Source: Marsupella aquatica (Eukaryota; Plantae; Marchantiophyta). Taken from it: a DNA stretch of 64,000 nt. Both the position numbers and the translations under genes were made by a program. Shown piece after piece: positions 37,247 to 50,375 of the stretch. Position 1 is the stretch's first letter. Every line of letters begins with the position of its first letter. The notes below the pieces were generated by a model. The model made no database searches. It had not been told where the DNA came from and saw nothing but the letters and a program-made list of their open reading frames with translations. The stretch lies in NCBI GenBank assembly GCA_973895155.1, contig OZ316891.1, positions 27,105,254-27,169,253 of the forward strand. The letters are read 5' to 3'.

Positions 37247-40200
37247 CCTGGACACGCAGGTTTATCCAATCGTGGCGTGCAACTGGGAGGGATATTGTGC
37301 ACATGTGATCAAAGCGTAGTTGTAATTCCTCCCAAAGTACGCGTGGGTTATAGTGATTTAGATATTGTGTTTTGAGGGGTTATGCTAGATGGTGTCTAAT
37401 CAGAATTAGTGCTCGGGCTTTCTGTTGTAGTGTATTGTCGTTATCTGTATGGATTGTGTCCTGTAAGTCTTTGGATGCAAGATGAGCCTCGACATCCAGG
37501 GACCAGGATAAGAAATTTGCCCCATCTAAGGTCAGGGCTTGACAAAGTAGTTTCTCCATGGGGTTCGTGTTGTAATGTATATGATTTTGGGTTAAATTTT
37601 GTGGTTATGGCTATATGGTGTTCTATCAATCTTCAATTGATGATATGTGAATCAGTATTACCAGGTCTCGTTTTGATGTCCTCCAGTGTTGTGTTCTCCT
37701 ATGGTTGTTCTTCTGGTTCTGCTTCAATCTTTGGTTTGTATGGTCGAATGTGCTTCAATGTTCGATGTGAATCGATCTGCAATTTGTATTCATGTATGGT
37801 CCTCTTTCCTCTTTGATTTGATTTGGTCTCTGGCTTGTTTCCGGTTCTATCCTTATGATTTGCCCTCTGTCACGAAAGGTGATTCCAATCTATGTTGTTG
37901 AGTCATTGAGGTGGGTGCTTACTATGCCCGGGGAGAAATTATCCGCCTTCAGGAGAGTGACCTTGGCCAACTCCCAGAAGGCGGCCTTGGCCAGGGTACC
38001 TCATATGATGTTGTGATGGGAGGCCGGGACCGTACGAACAACCTAGACGTGACGGTGGTCGGGGTAGAACCCAAGACTCGATAAGCCATATCTCGGGCGT
38101 CTGATGTCCGTTTTGGGAGCCGTTTTTGGGTTATGATCAGGATGGCAGTGGCTATCCATAAAATTTCTCAGGACCAGATTTTGAGAAACTTCTACTTTTG
38201 ACAATTTTCATGGCCAAGGTAGTGGGAGCCACTGGCCGCCACGTAGTAGGAAGCAAGACCATGGCCTACATAGGACTTAGTCTAGTTTTTGTTAAGTTGA
38301 TGTGGTGGCCGACAAAGGCACCGTTGGCCACCCATAGGTAGCAATAGGGTTAGAGTGCACGTGTGTGCCGCATGTGTAGAAATCTTTTAGGTTAGAGACG
38401 CCTCCAGTAGATGGCGGCCACCCAGGGCAGTGGCCGCCGCCACACCCCCTAGGGCTTGTGTGTTCACGTATTGTTGTTTTTGGTATTTAACCAGCAGCCC
38501 CTAGTAGGAGCAAGGGGGAACTCAGTCTAGTGTTGTTTGTGCGAGGATTGGCCTTCAAGGGAATTGATCTGGAGTATTGAGGTGGAGAGGTGCTCATTGT
38601 CCCGTGAGGCAAGAGTTGGGCAGACGGCAGGAGGCCGTGTTACCCATGCAATGTGTTACCTTGGCCACTAAAAGATATAGATTCGGTTGGATTTTCATGA
38701 ATTCTTGTGTGGTGTTCTCTCTCTTTGTTGCACGATTGTGTTCTTCCCCTAGTATGAATGTTTAGAGACTCATTTAGAGAAACTTACATGGTTTGGTCGA
38801 CCCTGTGAGTGGGAAAGTGGTGACAGCGCTTTACCAAAGGCTAGGAGGAGTAGGAACAAGATAGTCCATGGGGCTTGATCAAAAGCGGAGTACACGTATA
38901 GTTGATAGACTTGATCAAAAAATACATTTCCGGGAGCGGAAACAAATCTACTGTGGACTAGCTCAAAATAGGGTATGTAAGAAACTCATCATTTTTTTTT
39001 GCTTTTTGTACAAGGATAGTAAGAAATACATTTTAGCATTAGTAAAATACTTAGGGTTTGCAACCCTAAGTCACTAAGGAAGGATAGTAGGGAATCATGG
39101 AAGGGAAAAATATGTTGTTCTAAGAAGATGTAAAGGGATAAGTGAGGTCTGTATGGTAGGGCAGCAAATATTCTTTCCTTAGTTAGGATAGGCGACTAAG
39201 TCGGGACCGGAAAATGACCCAACACCTGACATCTCATTTTTGGCTAATATTTCTCCCATGGGTGCGGGGAGGTCCCTAGGGAACCCTGAAAAATTATGAA
39301 GTGAAGTAGGGTCTCAACCTAGGAATGGTGAGTATTTTGGCTGAACTTAAAATAACCATCTAGCGGGTCCCGGAGAAATTAGCCAAGGGGTAGACATGTT
39401 TGGTTCGAGGTTAAAATTGGGTATATTATAGCCCATAATATCCCTTGAAAGTCTAAGAAGTAGTTTATCAACTTTGGTTAGTTTTTGGGAGCACCTCAAA
39501 GATTGGGAAAAGTAATGCAACCTATAGATATGGGCAAACTTAGGTATTTTTAGAAAAGTCAGTGCGTGGTATTTAGTGCGTTTGACAAATTCAGGAGGGA
39601 GTCCTATGTCCAAGGATCCCATAACTATGCTCAGAAGTTCTTTTAGACATATGGGTGATTTTTTGGCATGGCTTTAAAAAGGGCTAGTACAAAGTTTTCT
39701 CCCGCGAGAGAACCAAATTTTTTCTAAGTGTGGAAACGCGACGACGCGGCTGCAACGAGGCTAGCACGAGGCAGGAAGGAGTCTAAGCACGAGGGCGGCT
39801 GCAAGTTGAGTGATTAGACTATGAAATCACATGGTGGAAAATCTATGGTGGGCTATTGTTGCTCCAGCACGAGATCGGCTAACTTAGGCAATGTGAAATT
39901 GATGCAGCAGCTGTCCAGTAAACGTGATCTCTGCCTGGATGCTGACAAATTGAGAAAGGGCAGGCACTACATAGGCTGTAGAGCTTGCTGCCAAGGAAAA
40001 CGTGGATGCTGCTGGCTGATTCACTCTACTGGCTGATTCAATGTGCTGGCTGATTCAATCTGCGGGTAGGTAAGCTTGTGCTGAGTAAATTCAAAAGAGA
40101 ATGGCTGGCAATTGAGAATCCATGTGCTGAGAATTGACCAGCTGCTGCAATTTACAGCAGTTGTGAGCTATGGCTACTCCTGAGCAAATCAATCACAATC

Positions 40201-41939
40201 CAGCCCAACAATTAGAAGGGACTCAGTCATAAATCAGAGGAGAAGCTACTGCAAAAATCAGTCAAGCAATTAGTCAAGGAATCATCCTCAAATCAGCTGC
40301 ACAATCAGGCACGATGCTAAGCTCTATAGCTTCTGGAAAGACTGGACCTTATGAGGAACTCTCTCAGGTCGACACCTGGTATACACATAAGTGTAAACCG
40401 GGACCTATGACAGTGTAATTCGGAGCCCTTTTGCACATAAGGGATTGAGAGAGGGAAAATGCCATAACTTGAGCTAGGGGCATCCGTTGGGGCCCATATT
40501 TTTTGTGCCGATTCAAGGGAAGGTAAAGCATCGTTGAGTGAAGGTAGAAACCCAGGAAAAGAAATACCCAGAGATATTTTAAATCGTCGCCATGGGGGGT
40601 CCCGCTAGCTTGCAAACGGGAGCTGCCAAGGGGGAATGAATACCAGATGTAGGGCCAAACACTTTGGGTACCCATACCACTTTAGTAAGGCTCTAGGGAA
40701 GGGTACTTACCTTTGGTCGAAGGTGCAAGGCCATCAAGTTAATAGAAGTGAGTATAGAGGGTAGTTTGTTTAGGGTAGTATAAGGGGTACAAGTCAAATA
40801 AGGCCAACTTTGACTAGGCATAACTTTGGACTCAAGTACTCTTTTTGCGAGCTTTCAAGTGCGTTGGAAAGCTGATGAAGAGGACCATAAGTGGGAGCAG
40901 GTTTGGAGGTCAAAGCATGCAACTCATGCGTGGCATATTCCAGGGCTTGGAAGGAGTCAAGCAATAGGTTGTAGAGTGAGCTATGAACTATAGTTTGGAC
41001 TTGGTGTGTTAGGAGGACTTGGGGGAGGTATAGCTGGACCCCAGGTCAAACTTGGTGTGGTGTGAAAGGAGAATAGTATATAAGGTGGAAGATTTCATTT
41101 GTTGAGGACCAGAAGTCTCATTCTTAAGTGCAAGCTCTACCTTGCAAGTTGGGGCTAAGATTGAGAAGGGGAAGGAGGTCCATGCTTAGTGTGAAGAGTG
41201 TGTAGTGACCTTTTATGTAAGGATTGAGTATACAATAAAAGGATTCTTCCAATCTTCATTGTGACCACTAAGTGTGATTAAATGTGAAGTGTTTGAGAGC
41301 AAGAGAAGAGTCCATGCTAGGATGCAATCTTGGTCTAATCGTGAAGGGGATGTGCTGGTACACAACCAAGGCCAGGGAGGCAAGGTAAAGGTGGAGCACT
41401 ACTTTGGGGTTTAGAGAGGATTGTATCTTGAGGGTGGAAAGCACCTTGCTTTGTGTGAGAACCAAGAGGAAGAGTTCTTTGCAAGAAGAGTTTTTCTAGA
41501 GCTCAAGGGGGTGTGTGGACCCAAACCAAGGCCAGGGGGGCAAGGTTAAGGGGTAACACTACCTTGAGGATCTTGAGGGGACTTAAGCTTGAAGAGAAAA
41601 GTACTTGGGGTTCTTGGGTGTTTGTTTTAGGGTCTACTCTAAGGTGACAACTTGGAGTGGATATCCCCCTTGCTAATCCTTGGAGTAGAGGAGAGAGAAA
41701 GAGTGGGAGTGCAAAAGTAGTCAAGGTGACTACCTCTCTAGAAGTGGAGAGTTGAAACTACTTGTGTATGGTGTACTTAGACCTTGCATGTAGATTTCAG
41801 AAGTTTTGTCAATCCTTTGTGACCCTGGTATGACATGGAGCAAGTATTAGGTAGAGTTTTAGGGGAAAAGATGCTTAAGCTCCTTGACAAGTGTTTGACA
41901 TCTACACAAGCCCTTCCATCTATACTAGAGTGAGTGTAA

Positions 41940-42112
41940 ATAGGGTGTGTCAAAGCACAATTGTAACTCAATTACAACTCAAGACATAAAATGTTGTTGT
42001 GGCCAGGATCAAATACTATGGGCTACCATAATACGTACCCCCATAAGGGTGATATGTCCAAAACAATAAAGTCGTAACACTTTGGTTCCAGGAGAACTTT
42101 GACACACCCTAT
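41940..42112. mobile_element. Small MITE-like element, possibly Tc1/mariner-type
   Basis: Perfect 16-bp inverted repeat ATAGGGTGTGTCAAAG (41940-41955) and CTTTGACACACCCTAT (42097-42112); TA dinucleotides at the ends. Confidence 0.5.
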
Positions 42113-45100
42113 ATGAATTCACTGAAATTAAGTTTTTGAAGCTGTTGCATTCAAAGTAGGGGGCATGCTTGGTTTTCAGGCTCTCGTTTTTTGGGATCCT
42201 GTGGCATGTTTGGTTTGGTGTGACATGTACAAATTTTTTGGGTGGGTGGGGGTGGGTATGGTCTCTACTTTGGAAGTCTGTGTTGTGCACATAGTGGGCT
42301 CCAATCCCGGGCTTCAATTCAGTTCCTAATAGATAAATAAATAAATTCTTCCTTGAATTTTTTTTCTTTAATAATAAGCTGCAAAAAACCCTCGAAGGGG
42401 TGGAAGCAAACAGAACAAGACAACCGCAAAGCAACAACTCCCCGGGGAGGCCAGCAGGGAGGCCCCTAAACGGGGCCAGCCAAAAGCACCCTTCACCGCG
42501 CACCACAAGTACAATTACTATCAACCACAAGCACCAAGGGTAGGGGTGACCTATCTGGAATGGCCAAAGCCCATCAAGGGCTCCAGTGTCCTGTGAGCAA
42601 GTATGAACCTATACTAAACGGACCCGCGACATGCCATGACCAGCTAAGCAAAGGGAGACCAACATAGAGCAGAATCAGCCCAACAAGGATCACTTAGCCC
42701 CCAGAGGTTCCACCCAGATGCAACATCACAATTAGAGGAGACCAATCCTACCACCAAAGCAACATCAACCCAAAGACAGGTGTCCATCTCTCCAAGACAT
42801 CCACCCTTGTCGCTTCACCTTGATTGCTTCTCTGGCCCTCAAGAGCCAAATATGCTTCCACCCAATCGGAACCGCAGGGAAACGCCATGCAGGTGAGATG
42901 ACATCTCATAGAGTACCAGCCGCATGTCAAAGGATTTATGCCCATGTTCCACGAAGACGTGTTCATTCCTTCCCAGCTAGATCATCTTCAGTATTTGAAA
43001 TATCAAAAAGAGTTGGACAACCTACAAATGGCTACGACCAAAGGAGGCATCCAATTGAGCTAAGAAGCATTGTCCTAGGGAAAAAATTATTCCACCGCAA
43101 TATAGTCATAGCACATTTGCCAACACTCAACAGCATGCACACAATGCACAAAGAGGTGAGGGATACTTTCTAGCACCCACGGACACAGCCTGCAAGCACC
43201 CCTACTAGCACTGACGTAAGGGCCCTAGCTCCAGTAAAAAGACCACCAGCAATAATATGTCAGAGAAACGTTTTGGCTCTAGTGGACAGGTTGGAGCCCC
43301 AAAGAGATTGCCATCTCTTGCCCCATACTAACTCCAAGCCATTGGACAGCCAAATTTGGGGTATTTACATAAGACAGGAAACAGGAAAACAGGAAATCCA
43401 AAACAGGAAACGATGACAGGAAACAGGAAACCGAATATAGAAAACTTCAGCGAAGAATGCCCGAAATTATTCTGGTGTGAACAAAGAACTTGACATTCAA
43501 AATAGGACGTTTAGAAGATTCGAGTCGAATGCACAAAAAATGGTCAAGAATAGCGCCAGGTGCTCGTTTAATAAGCTTATGGGAACTGTACATTTAAAAC
43601 CATTTTGACCGCTATCCGTTAGCGAATAGCAAATCCGTCCCAAAGAACAAAAACTCGTGTACAAGAAGATATCAAAGAACGTGCAGCATCTTGGTCGGGC
43701 AAGTGATCACACTAGCGCTTGGCGCTAGTCCTTTTGGTTGTGGAAGAACCGTTGTCGTCCTCGATGCCAGCCTTAGATGTGGCTGTGTTGGGAGTAAAAC
43801 CGTTCTCACCATAAATGTCAAGGATGGCATTCTCCTCACACCTCTTCAGCAGAGGCGGGTAACGACGAACCAAATCCAACCAATTTGCACATCCGACGCC
43901 AATCCACAATCCACAAAGGCTTGTGATAGAAAATTAATTTACTAATATGGTAGCGCCAGGCGCTTACAAAAGTTCAAAATGATCCGAGGTGTCCACCCCG
44001 TAAACCGAAGGATCGCAAAATTCAAAAAGCAATGCGCATTGCGCATCCTATGCCTATCGCTTGATACTACCGAGACGGTAAACTAGCGTCACTTGTCAGA
44101 TCTACAGACAAGCGATGACAAAAATGGCTAAGACATGTATCGAATAATCTGTAAGAGATAGATCAAATAAGTTGTAGCCATACGCAAGACACACCCTAAA
44201 CTGAACTCATCAACACATTTTGCAAACTACGCAATGTCCATTGTGAAGGTGACCATACTAGCGCAGGGCGCTAGTCCGTTCATTCGTAGATGAGCCACAA
44301 TCGTCGTCGATTCCAGTTGCAGATTAGACTAAATCCGGAACAAAACCATGCTCTCGGGTCCTGATGTAAGAGGCAGATGGACTTTGCTCGTCACCGCTTT
44401 GGGGAAACACGCCAGGAATGGTGGTACTCTGGAAATCTACACGGCCAAGTTCTTCATGTTTCCTCATTTCATCCTCCCGAGTTGGACTATGGGGAGGAGG
44501 TGGCCAGTGAACAGAAAACCTTTCCGCAAACCTCCTTGGCGGAGAATCCCTCAGCCACGGGATCAGCGTTTCACCAGGACTAATCGCTTCATCTTGCGGA
44601 AGGTTGAAGCGGTTGTGGAAGGCACTTGTTTCCGACCATCCGGGTTGTTCAGTCACGGGAACCGAACTCTCTTCCGAAATGATCATAGTGTCTTTGAAAG
44701 TAGGTTGCGGAGATTCTCTGGGGATTATCCATGGCAGGTAAGCGCAAGATCTCGAACACAATCGAAAGTGGAAAGCACTATAAGATGATAATGGCGGATC
44801 ACACTGAGAACTGATGCAATACAGGGCATTCAGGACTTAATCGCTCAAAGTTTATAGGGATTAGGGTGTAACCTCGTGGCGACCTGAACCGCTCGCTCCA
44901 TCCGGAAACGGTGGTAGCACCCTCAAACTCCCGTTATGGTCTAAAAAGGAAACATGACCATCGCGGCAGACCAGACAAAATATTAACGGGAAATTTGACT
45001 GACGTCATCCAGAAGGTACGGGAGTACCAATGTACCAGCGTCATGACCGTTATACAATTATTATAGTAGCGTCGGGCGCTACTATAATAGAAAGTGTACT

Positions 45101-45239
45101 TCGAGCGGACACTCCATGGTTACAACTGACATATAATATCTTTATTGTACAGTATTTCTGGCATACATTTGGGTAGCGCCCGGCGTTAGCATAGTTGCAC
45201 TAAAAAATACACCCAAAATAACAACAGAGATCCAAGTTA

Positions 45240-48200
45240 ATCTGAGCACTCCAATTCACTGGATTCGGACCTGCCGGTAGATTCTGCCTTGATGTCTAAA
45301 AATTTGCTCTTGGCCATATCATCCACAAATCGGTTCCGCATAAATTTTCTATCAGACCCCCTCCTTAATCTCAAGCCTTTATTCTCCCAGTGCAGGGTAC
45401 GCACACTGTCAACTTTTCTAGCAACATTTCAGCATAGGAAGGTAAGACAAATGGTTTCTCGAGAGTTTCAATATATCGCCTAGCTACTTTCCGTCTAAGT
45501 TGGAAACGCCGGCGAAGATTCTAGTCTGACCTGAGGAGGAGAACATTGGATTTGATGTCAACGGCCGAAATATTTGCAAAAAAGGAAATTAAAAAATGTG
45601 ACATCTAAGAGAGAAGAAGGGAATCGACCGTCATAAAAAACCGGGTTAGCTTATGAGCTTACTCGGTAGTTTCTTACTCAGAAGAGTCTCCGCTGTCACT
45701 CCCTCCATTAGATTCTGGATCTTCTCCGATTAAAGACACTTTGGGAATGTTCGGATCCTCTTCTTCTTCTTCCCCCTCTTCTGCTTCATTCTCATCTTCG
45801 GAGTCAAAATTTAATACTGATTTAAGTTTGTCTCTCTTTTGTTTTGCAAGCATAGGCTTCGGAGGGGCTTTGGACTCAGATACTTTGGGAGTTAGAAGGT
45901 CAAGAAATATTTTTGAAGCGGTTTCAACGAACTCCTTCCTATTCTCGAGCCCAATTACAAATCGACCACAATTATCACCTGCCACAAATGTACTCCCAGA
46001 ACCTACAGCCCAATCCAGAACAATATCTCCGGGACACGTAATTAGTTCCAGAACAGACTGCATAAACCCTGGATGTAGTCTGGCATTCCCGGAAAATTCA
46101 AGCTCTGGAGTTGTATCCACCTTCGCAAACAGAAGTCCGATCAGATTTGTGATAGAGGGATCCTCTGTTCTTGAAAGAAGTTTGAACTTAGGATCCTTGG
46201 GGACTTTCACCTTGGATGATACTCGACAAAATATATCTAAACGTAAAGTGAATACCTGAAAAGGGAACATGAACAAGTAAGGACCAAAGAATTGTAATAG
46301 CGTCGGGCGCTAGTAAAGAATTAATAGTATGATTAGTAGTGTACCTAGGAAAAGATTAAAATTTATAATCGAGCACTACATAAAATGAGCAGCGCCTGGT
46401 GCTAGCAAAACTTTGAAAGTGTGATGAATAGATTTACCTGCAAATCAGACTTGGCCTTGTACATGGGGAACCCCATGACAACATTATGTGTACACAAACA
46501 TTGGAATTTCTTAGACTCTTGACATGCTGAGATGACCTGTGAAATCTGATCATACTCCCCCGTATGGAGTATCGCAATAATTCCGTCATCCGACATAAAG
46601 GGATCCATTGCCTGGAAAAAACATCGGGCTAGCGTACAGTCGGGAACGTTCCATTTAGGGACCTTCCTATCAAGCAAAGTTGGTTTTAGCCCAGTTGGCA
46701 AATAAATAAAACCAGTGTCAACACCAAAAGGCCTCTCTTTCCCACCCCTCACCACACCTTTCAGTCGGCATCCCGATTTGATTAAGTCCTTCCCCCACTT
46801 TTCGGCATCATTAACCCATTCTGGCTTCTCCTCCTTGTTAAACACATTGTCCACTAATTCACTGACACTAGTCTCAACGAAACAATGATGAGATGCCTTG
46901 GATTTAAAATTCCCAACATCACGCTGGAGCCCGGTGGCCGCCAGAGAATCCCTTTCTGATTGCCCAGCATCGCGAGTCCTCCTGCTTTTCTTCTTTGTAC
47001 TCGTTGCATCGACTGGTACAATTGATTTTCCAGAATTAACTGGTGTAAGTGGATCTAGCAAAGCGCTAGTATTTGCTTCTGGAGCTTCCGGGGTAACCTT
47101 TGTATCATCAGTGGCGTTTGCATCCGACTTCTTTTGACCTATTCACACATTGCAGAGAATGTGGGATAAGTGTCAGAAAGAAAAAAAATGGATTAAGGTT
47201 GATGTATAGGAATAGTAGCGCCAGGCGCTAGCAAAGAACTAAACTGGGTTTGAATGGAAACGTATGTTTCTTCCCGGATCGCGTTGATGCACTTGGCAGT
47301 GCTGTGTCTACTTTCACTTTCCCCCTCGGCTTGCGGCTCCTGTCTACATGGACAACTACTATCTCGCAGATTGTTTGTAACTCAGTAGATGATTTGTTGA
47401 CGTCGCTCAGGAGCCCTTGCTTCATCTCAGAAACTATGTTGGGTATAATCTGCAACTTGGCCAACCAATCCTTCTCCACTTCGTCAAATGGTGAATCCCA
47501 CTTGTATGTGTCAAGATACCACGGGCAGTGAATTCTTTCCCACTCAAACATTTCCCGTGGTGGAAGTTTACCCTCAGCAGGATACATCGAATATAAGTCA
47601 GCAACATGATCTCCCTCCTTTGCAACAATCCACTTGTGAAATGCGGTTGGATACGCCCAAAGCGCATCCGGGGAATGTACTTCCATCCATATGTAAAAAC
47701 GATACAAATACCTCTTGGCCCTCTTCTGATTTTTCTCTGTATATACCTCTTTATCAGGGTATTTTGATGGCCAGGCCACATGGTGTTGAAGAACTTTGCC
47801 TTCACAAGATCCCCATACCTTCTGGATTCACTTGAAATAATTTCAATCAGACCCTCTACTGAGTCACACCCTGAATGGGCAAGCCTATCAACTGGGAGTG
47901 TTTTAATGGCTGCGGAATTGCAGACTGCAACATCCCAATTGCGATTCCCTCGACGGTATTCCAGGTCTGCCATGTGTGACACCACTGCTTCACTGGATCA
48001 TCATTCACACTGGCAGGGTGGAAGAATTGTTTTCTCAACTTTGGAGTACAATGAGCAACAAGCAAAGTGCATCTCAATTTTGGATCGAGAGCAGAAACGG
48101 CTGTGAATAGTCTAGCACGGTCCATAGTACAAACAACCGAATCGGGTTTTTTCTCTCGCTTGTTCTTCTCCATCAATACATACATCTCTGCACAAGTACC

Positions 48201-49541
48201 TAGAAAATCTTCAAACTCAGGACTAAGAAGAGGAGTGATTTTGGATGTTTTCGTAGACCAATCTTTGGTGGCCTCTTTCAACATGAGTGACTATCGGTTT
48301 GCGACCTCATCAGCCGACCAAGGATTGCCTTGACTTGCTGCCAATGCCATGTCCATCTTGAACTGGTTAGTGTAAGCTTTGATTTTGTTTTCGCACAAAA
48401 TATAAACAAGAGCTTCCAGAGGCATTTTCCGTGTGTACCAAGAATGTTTTCGAGTCTTCTATTTGATATACTCAAACTTTGCATAATTGGCGCTGTCAAT
48501 TATTGACTTATAGTACTCTAGATTGTGAGAGAGAATCCTTCAGATTCTGTCTGCGTCAAGGATCCAAGACGGTTCAACAACGGCCTGCCCTAACCTGCAA
48601 TAGGCCATGTTTGAAATCAGTAGCGCCAGGCGCTAGCATAAAAAACACTCTCTTTAGTATTTATTTAACAGCAATGGATTGCGGAAATGTTTAATTACAA
48701 GTTTGTGCCGAATTACTTACTGGTTGACAGTGAGCATAGCCGCCTCAATCTGAATTTGCGAAGCTTTATCACCCTTGAAAATGGTGCAGAGAACTCTAGG
48801 ATGATACTTGACATTGTCTGGATTTTCCTTTGTGACCATAGTCCACGAGTAAAGTTGGTGATTCCCATCAAACACTGAGAACATTTTGTATTTCAAGATC
48901 GTAAAAGCTGGATCTGCCGCGCATTCTAACTCAAATTTCTCGTTCTCAGCAACCCAAATAGCATCCCAAGTCTCCCTGATCTCCTCACTGCAGATTTGCT
49001 CCACACCATCGGAATCGGTCGGTTGCACAAAAAACTGCATTCCAATCCTTGGATTGTAGCCACTACTTCGGAACGAGTCTTTCAATTTCTCAATTGACGC
49101 ACTCTCCTTTTGAAGCGTCCGCACTACCTCCATGTGGATCAACCGACAAAGCGGAATCCTGGGCGGTTCCTTCTCGTTTCCCCGTAAATCTTTTCCAAAT
49201 GACATTATGTGTCGCGAGATGACTTCATCCATCCCTAATGCAACCTCTTTGCCCTCTCCCAACGCATAATCGGTCATGCTATCCGTGTCCATTTGGACCC
49301 TTCTGGACTTCTGGTGTGGTAGTGTTGCGTTGATGGAAGTGATTGCTCCGCTTGACCTTGTAACTCGACTCGAGTAAAATGCCCCAGAGAACGAAGATTG
49401 TGTAGACTCGCAATGACCGTGATCTTCCTCTGGAATTGTGGTATACCCTCTTGGAGAGCTTGGGGCGCTTGAAGGTTGCATTGTGGAGCATGTCAATACG
49501 TGAAGGTCTTTGTACGACACAGAGCCAGTCTCTACCCTCAC
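45240..49541 (-). pseudogene. Spliced cargo gene: ParB/Srx-like N-terminal domain plus beta-class N4C/N6A DNA-methyltransferase-like domain
   Basis: IPLCRL....VR......IEKLKDSF...GY and FSVFDGNHQL (ParB-like); VDTGFIYLPTG...FMSDDGIIAILH (degenerate motif IV and VI region); ITCPGDIVLDWAVGSGSTFVAGDNCGRFVIGLE (SAM-binding motifs X-I-II). Introns at 48595-48720, about 47139-47267 and 46256-46437. Frameshifts in 47750-48500; 3' end approximate. Confidence 0.75.
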
Positions 49542-50375
49542 GCTCCGAACAAATTACCGTACACAAAGAACAACAAAAAACCTTTAAAACTTTTCCATCA
49601 TAGTGCTGTTGACATCATGTGACGGAGAACGAGAAGGATTGAAAGAATCTCACTGACCAATCCAAACAAAGACAGGTGGCAGGGACTGTTTGAAATGAGT
49701 AGAATTAACATCTACTTTCAAGTCATTTGTGGATGTAGCGATGAACGGGAATGTATCGTTAAACAATCCAATAGAAAACAACACAAAGTAAGGAATTTGT
49801 TCATACAGGTTACCATTAGATGTAACTGTTGGGCAAACCAAAGTCATCTCCATCGATACTAGTGCCCGGCGCTAGTATAAAAAACCACTAAAAATACTCT
49901 CATACATGACGATGACAGGGAGGAGATTATGTCAGCATCGGGCGCTAGCTATGTATACCCCTTGTATTTTCCCAAGAAGTACCGATTCCAAAACAATATG
50001 AAATGTTTATTGATTTTTTCAGCAATTCCATCAAAATCAATAAAATATTTCTCTTTGACTTGACAGTCCGCCAATGATAGCGCCTGGCGCTAGCACGTTC
50101 AGTCTGGTTTCTAAGTTGAAACCCGAGTACTTCTTTATGGTAGCGTCGGGCGCTAATAATTATCTAATTGCATTTTTGCACGTTACCGGTAAGTAGTGTC
50201 GTTGGCAAAATGACAAACTACATTTATGTGTCTGCACCTAACGACTAGTACCCGTTTTGTCATTTACAAACGATAATCTTCTGAGGTTTGGAATGAGTTT
50301 ACTTAACTTAAGTCAAGTAATGTTCTCCTATTTCCTCAGTTCATTTGTTTATCAAATTAATATCATTCTCCTGCA

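Larger units (their letters stand above)
28730..37860 (-). mobile_element. Ty1/Copia retrotransposon, Bianca-like lineage, degenerate; LTRs not identified
   Basis: gag LRVQDYTSVANYNSELFRITSQL; protease CIVDSGTSH; WHI.LGHP; integrase LRVDNAGEF and QNGIAE; RT SMYGLKQSG and IYVDDINIFG; RNase H IKGDRIKHIAPK. Many stops and frameshifts; two nested insertions. Confidence 0.9.

Noticed and set aside
37868-38825. TGTCAC...GTGACA segment as a solo LTR or the Copia 5' LTR
   Set aside because: Flanks CCCTC and GCGCT do not form a TSD; no PBS or second copy found.
38830-41930. Non-coding, repeat-like region with short internal direct repeats (41360-41560)
   Set aside because: Probably LTR-derived, but no termini, TSD or coding motif could be fixed.
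45240-49541. ParB-MTase gene as bacterial or phage contamination
   Set aside because: It has GT-AG introns and lies within TIRs nested in a plant LINE whose TSD spans the whole insertion.
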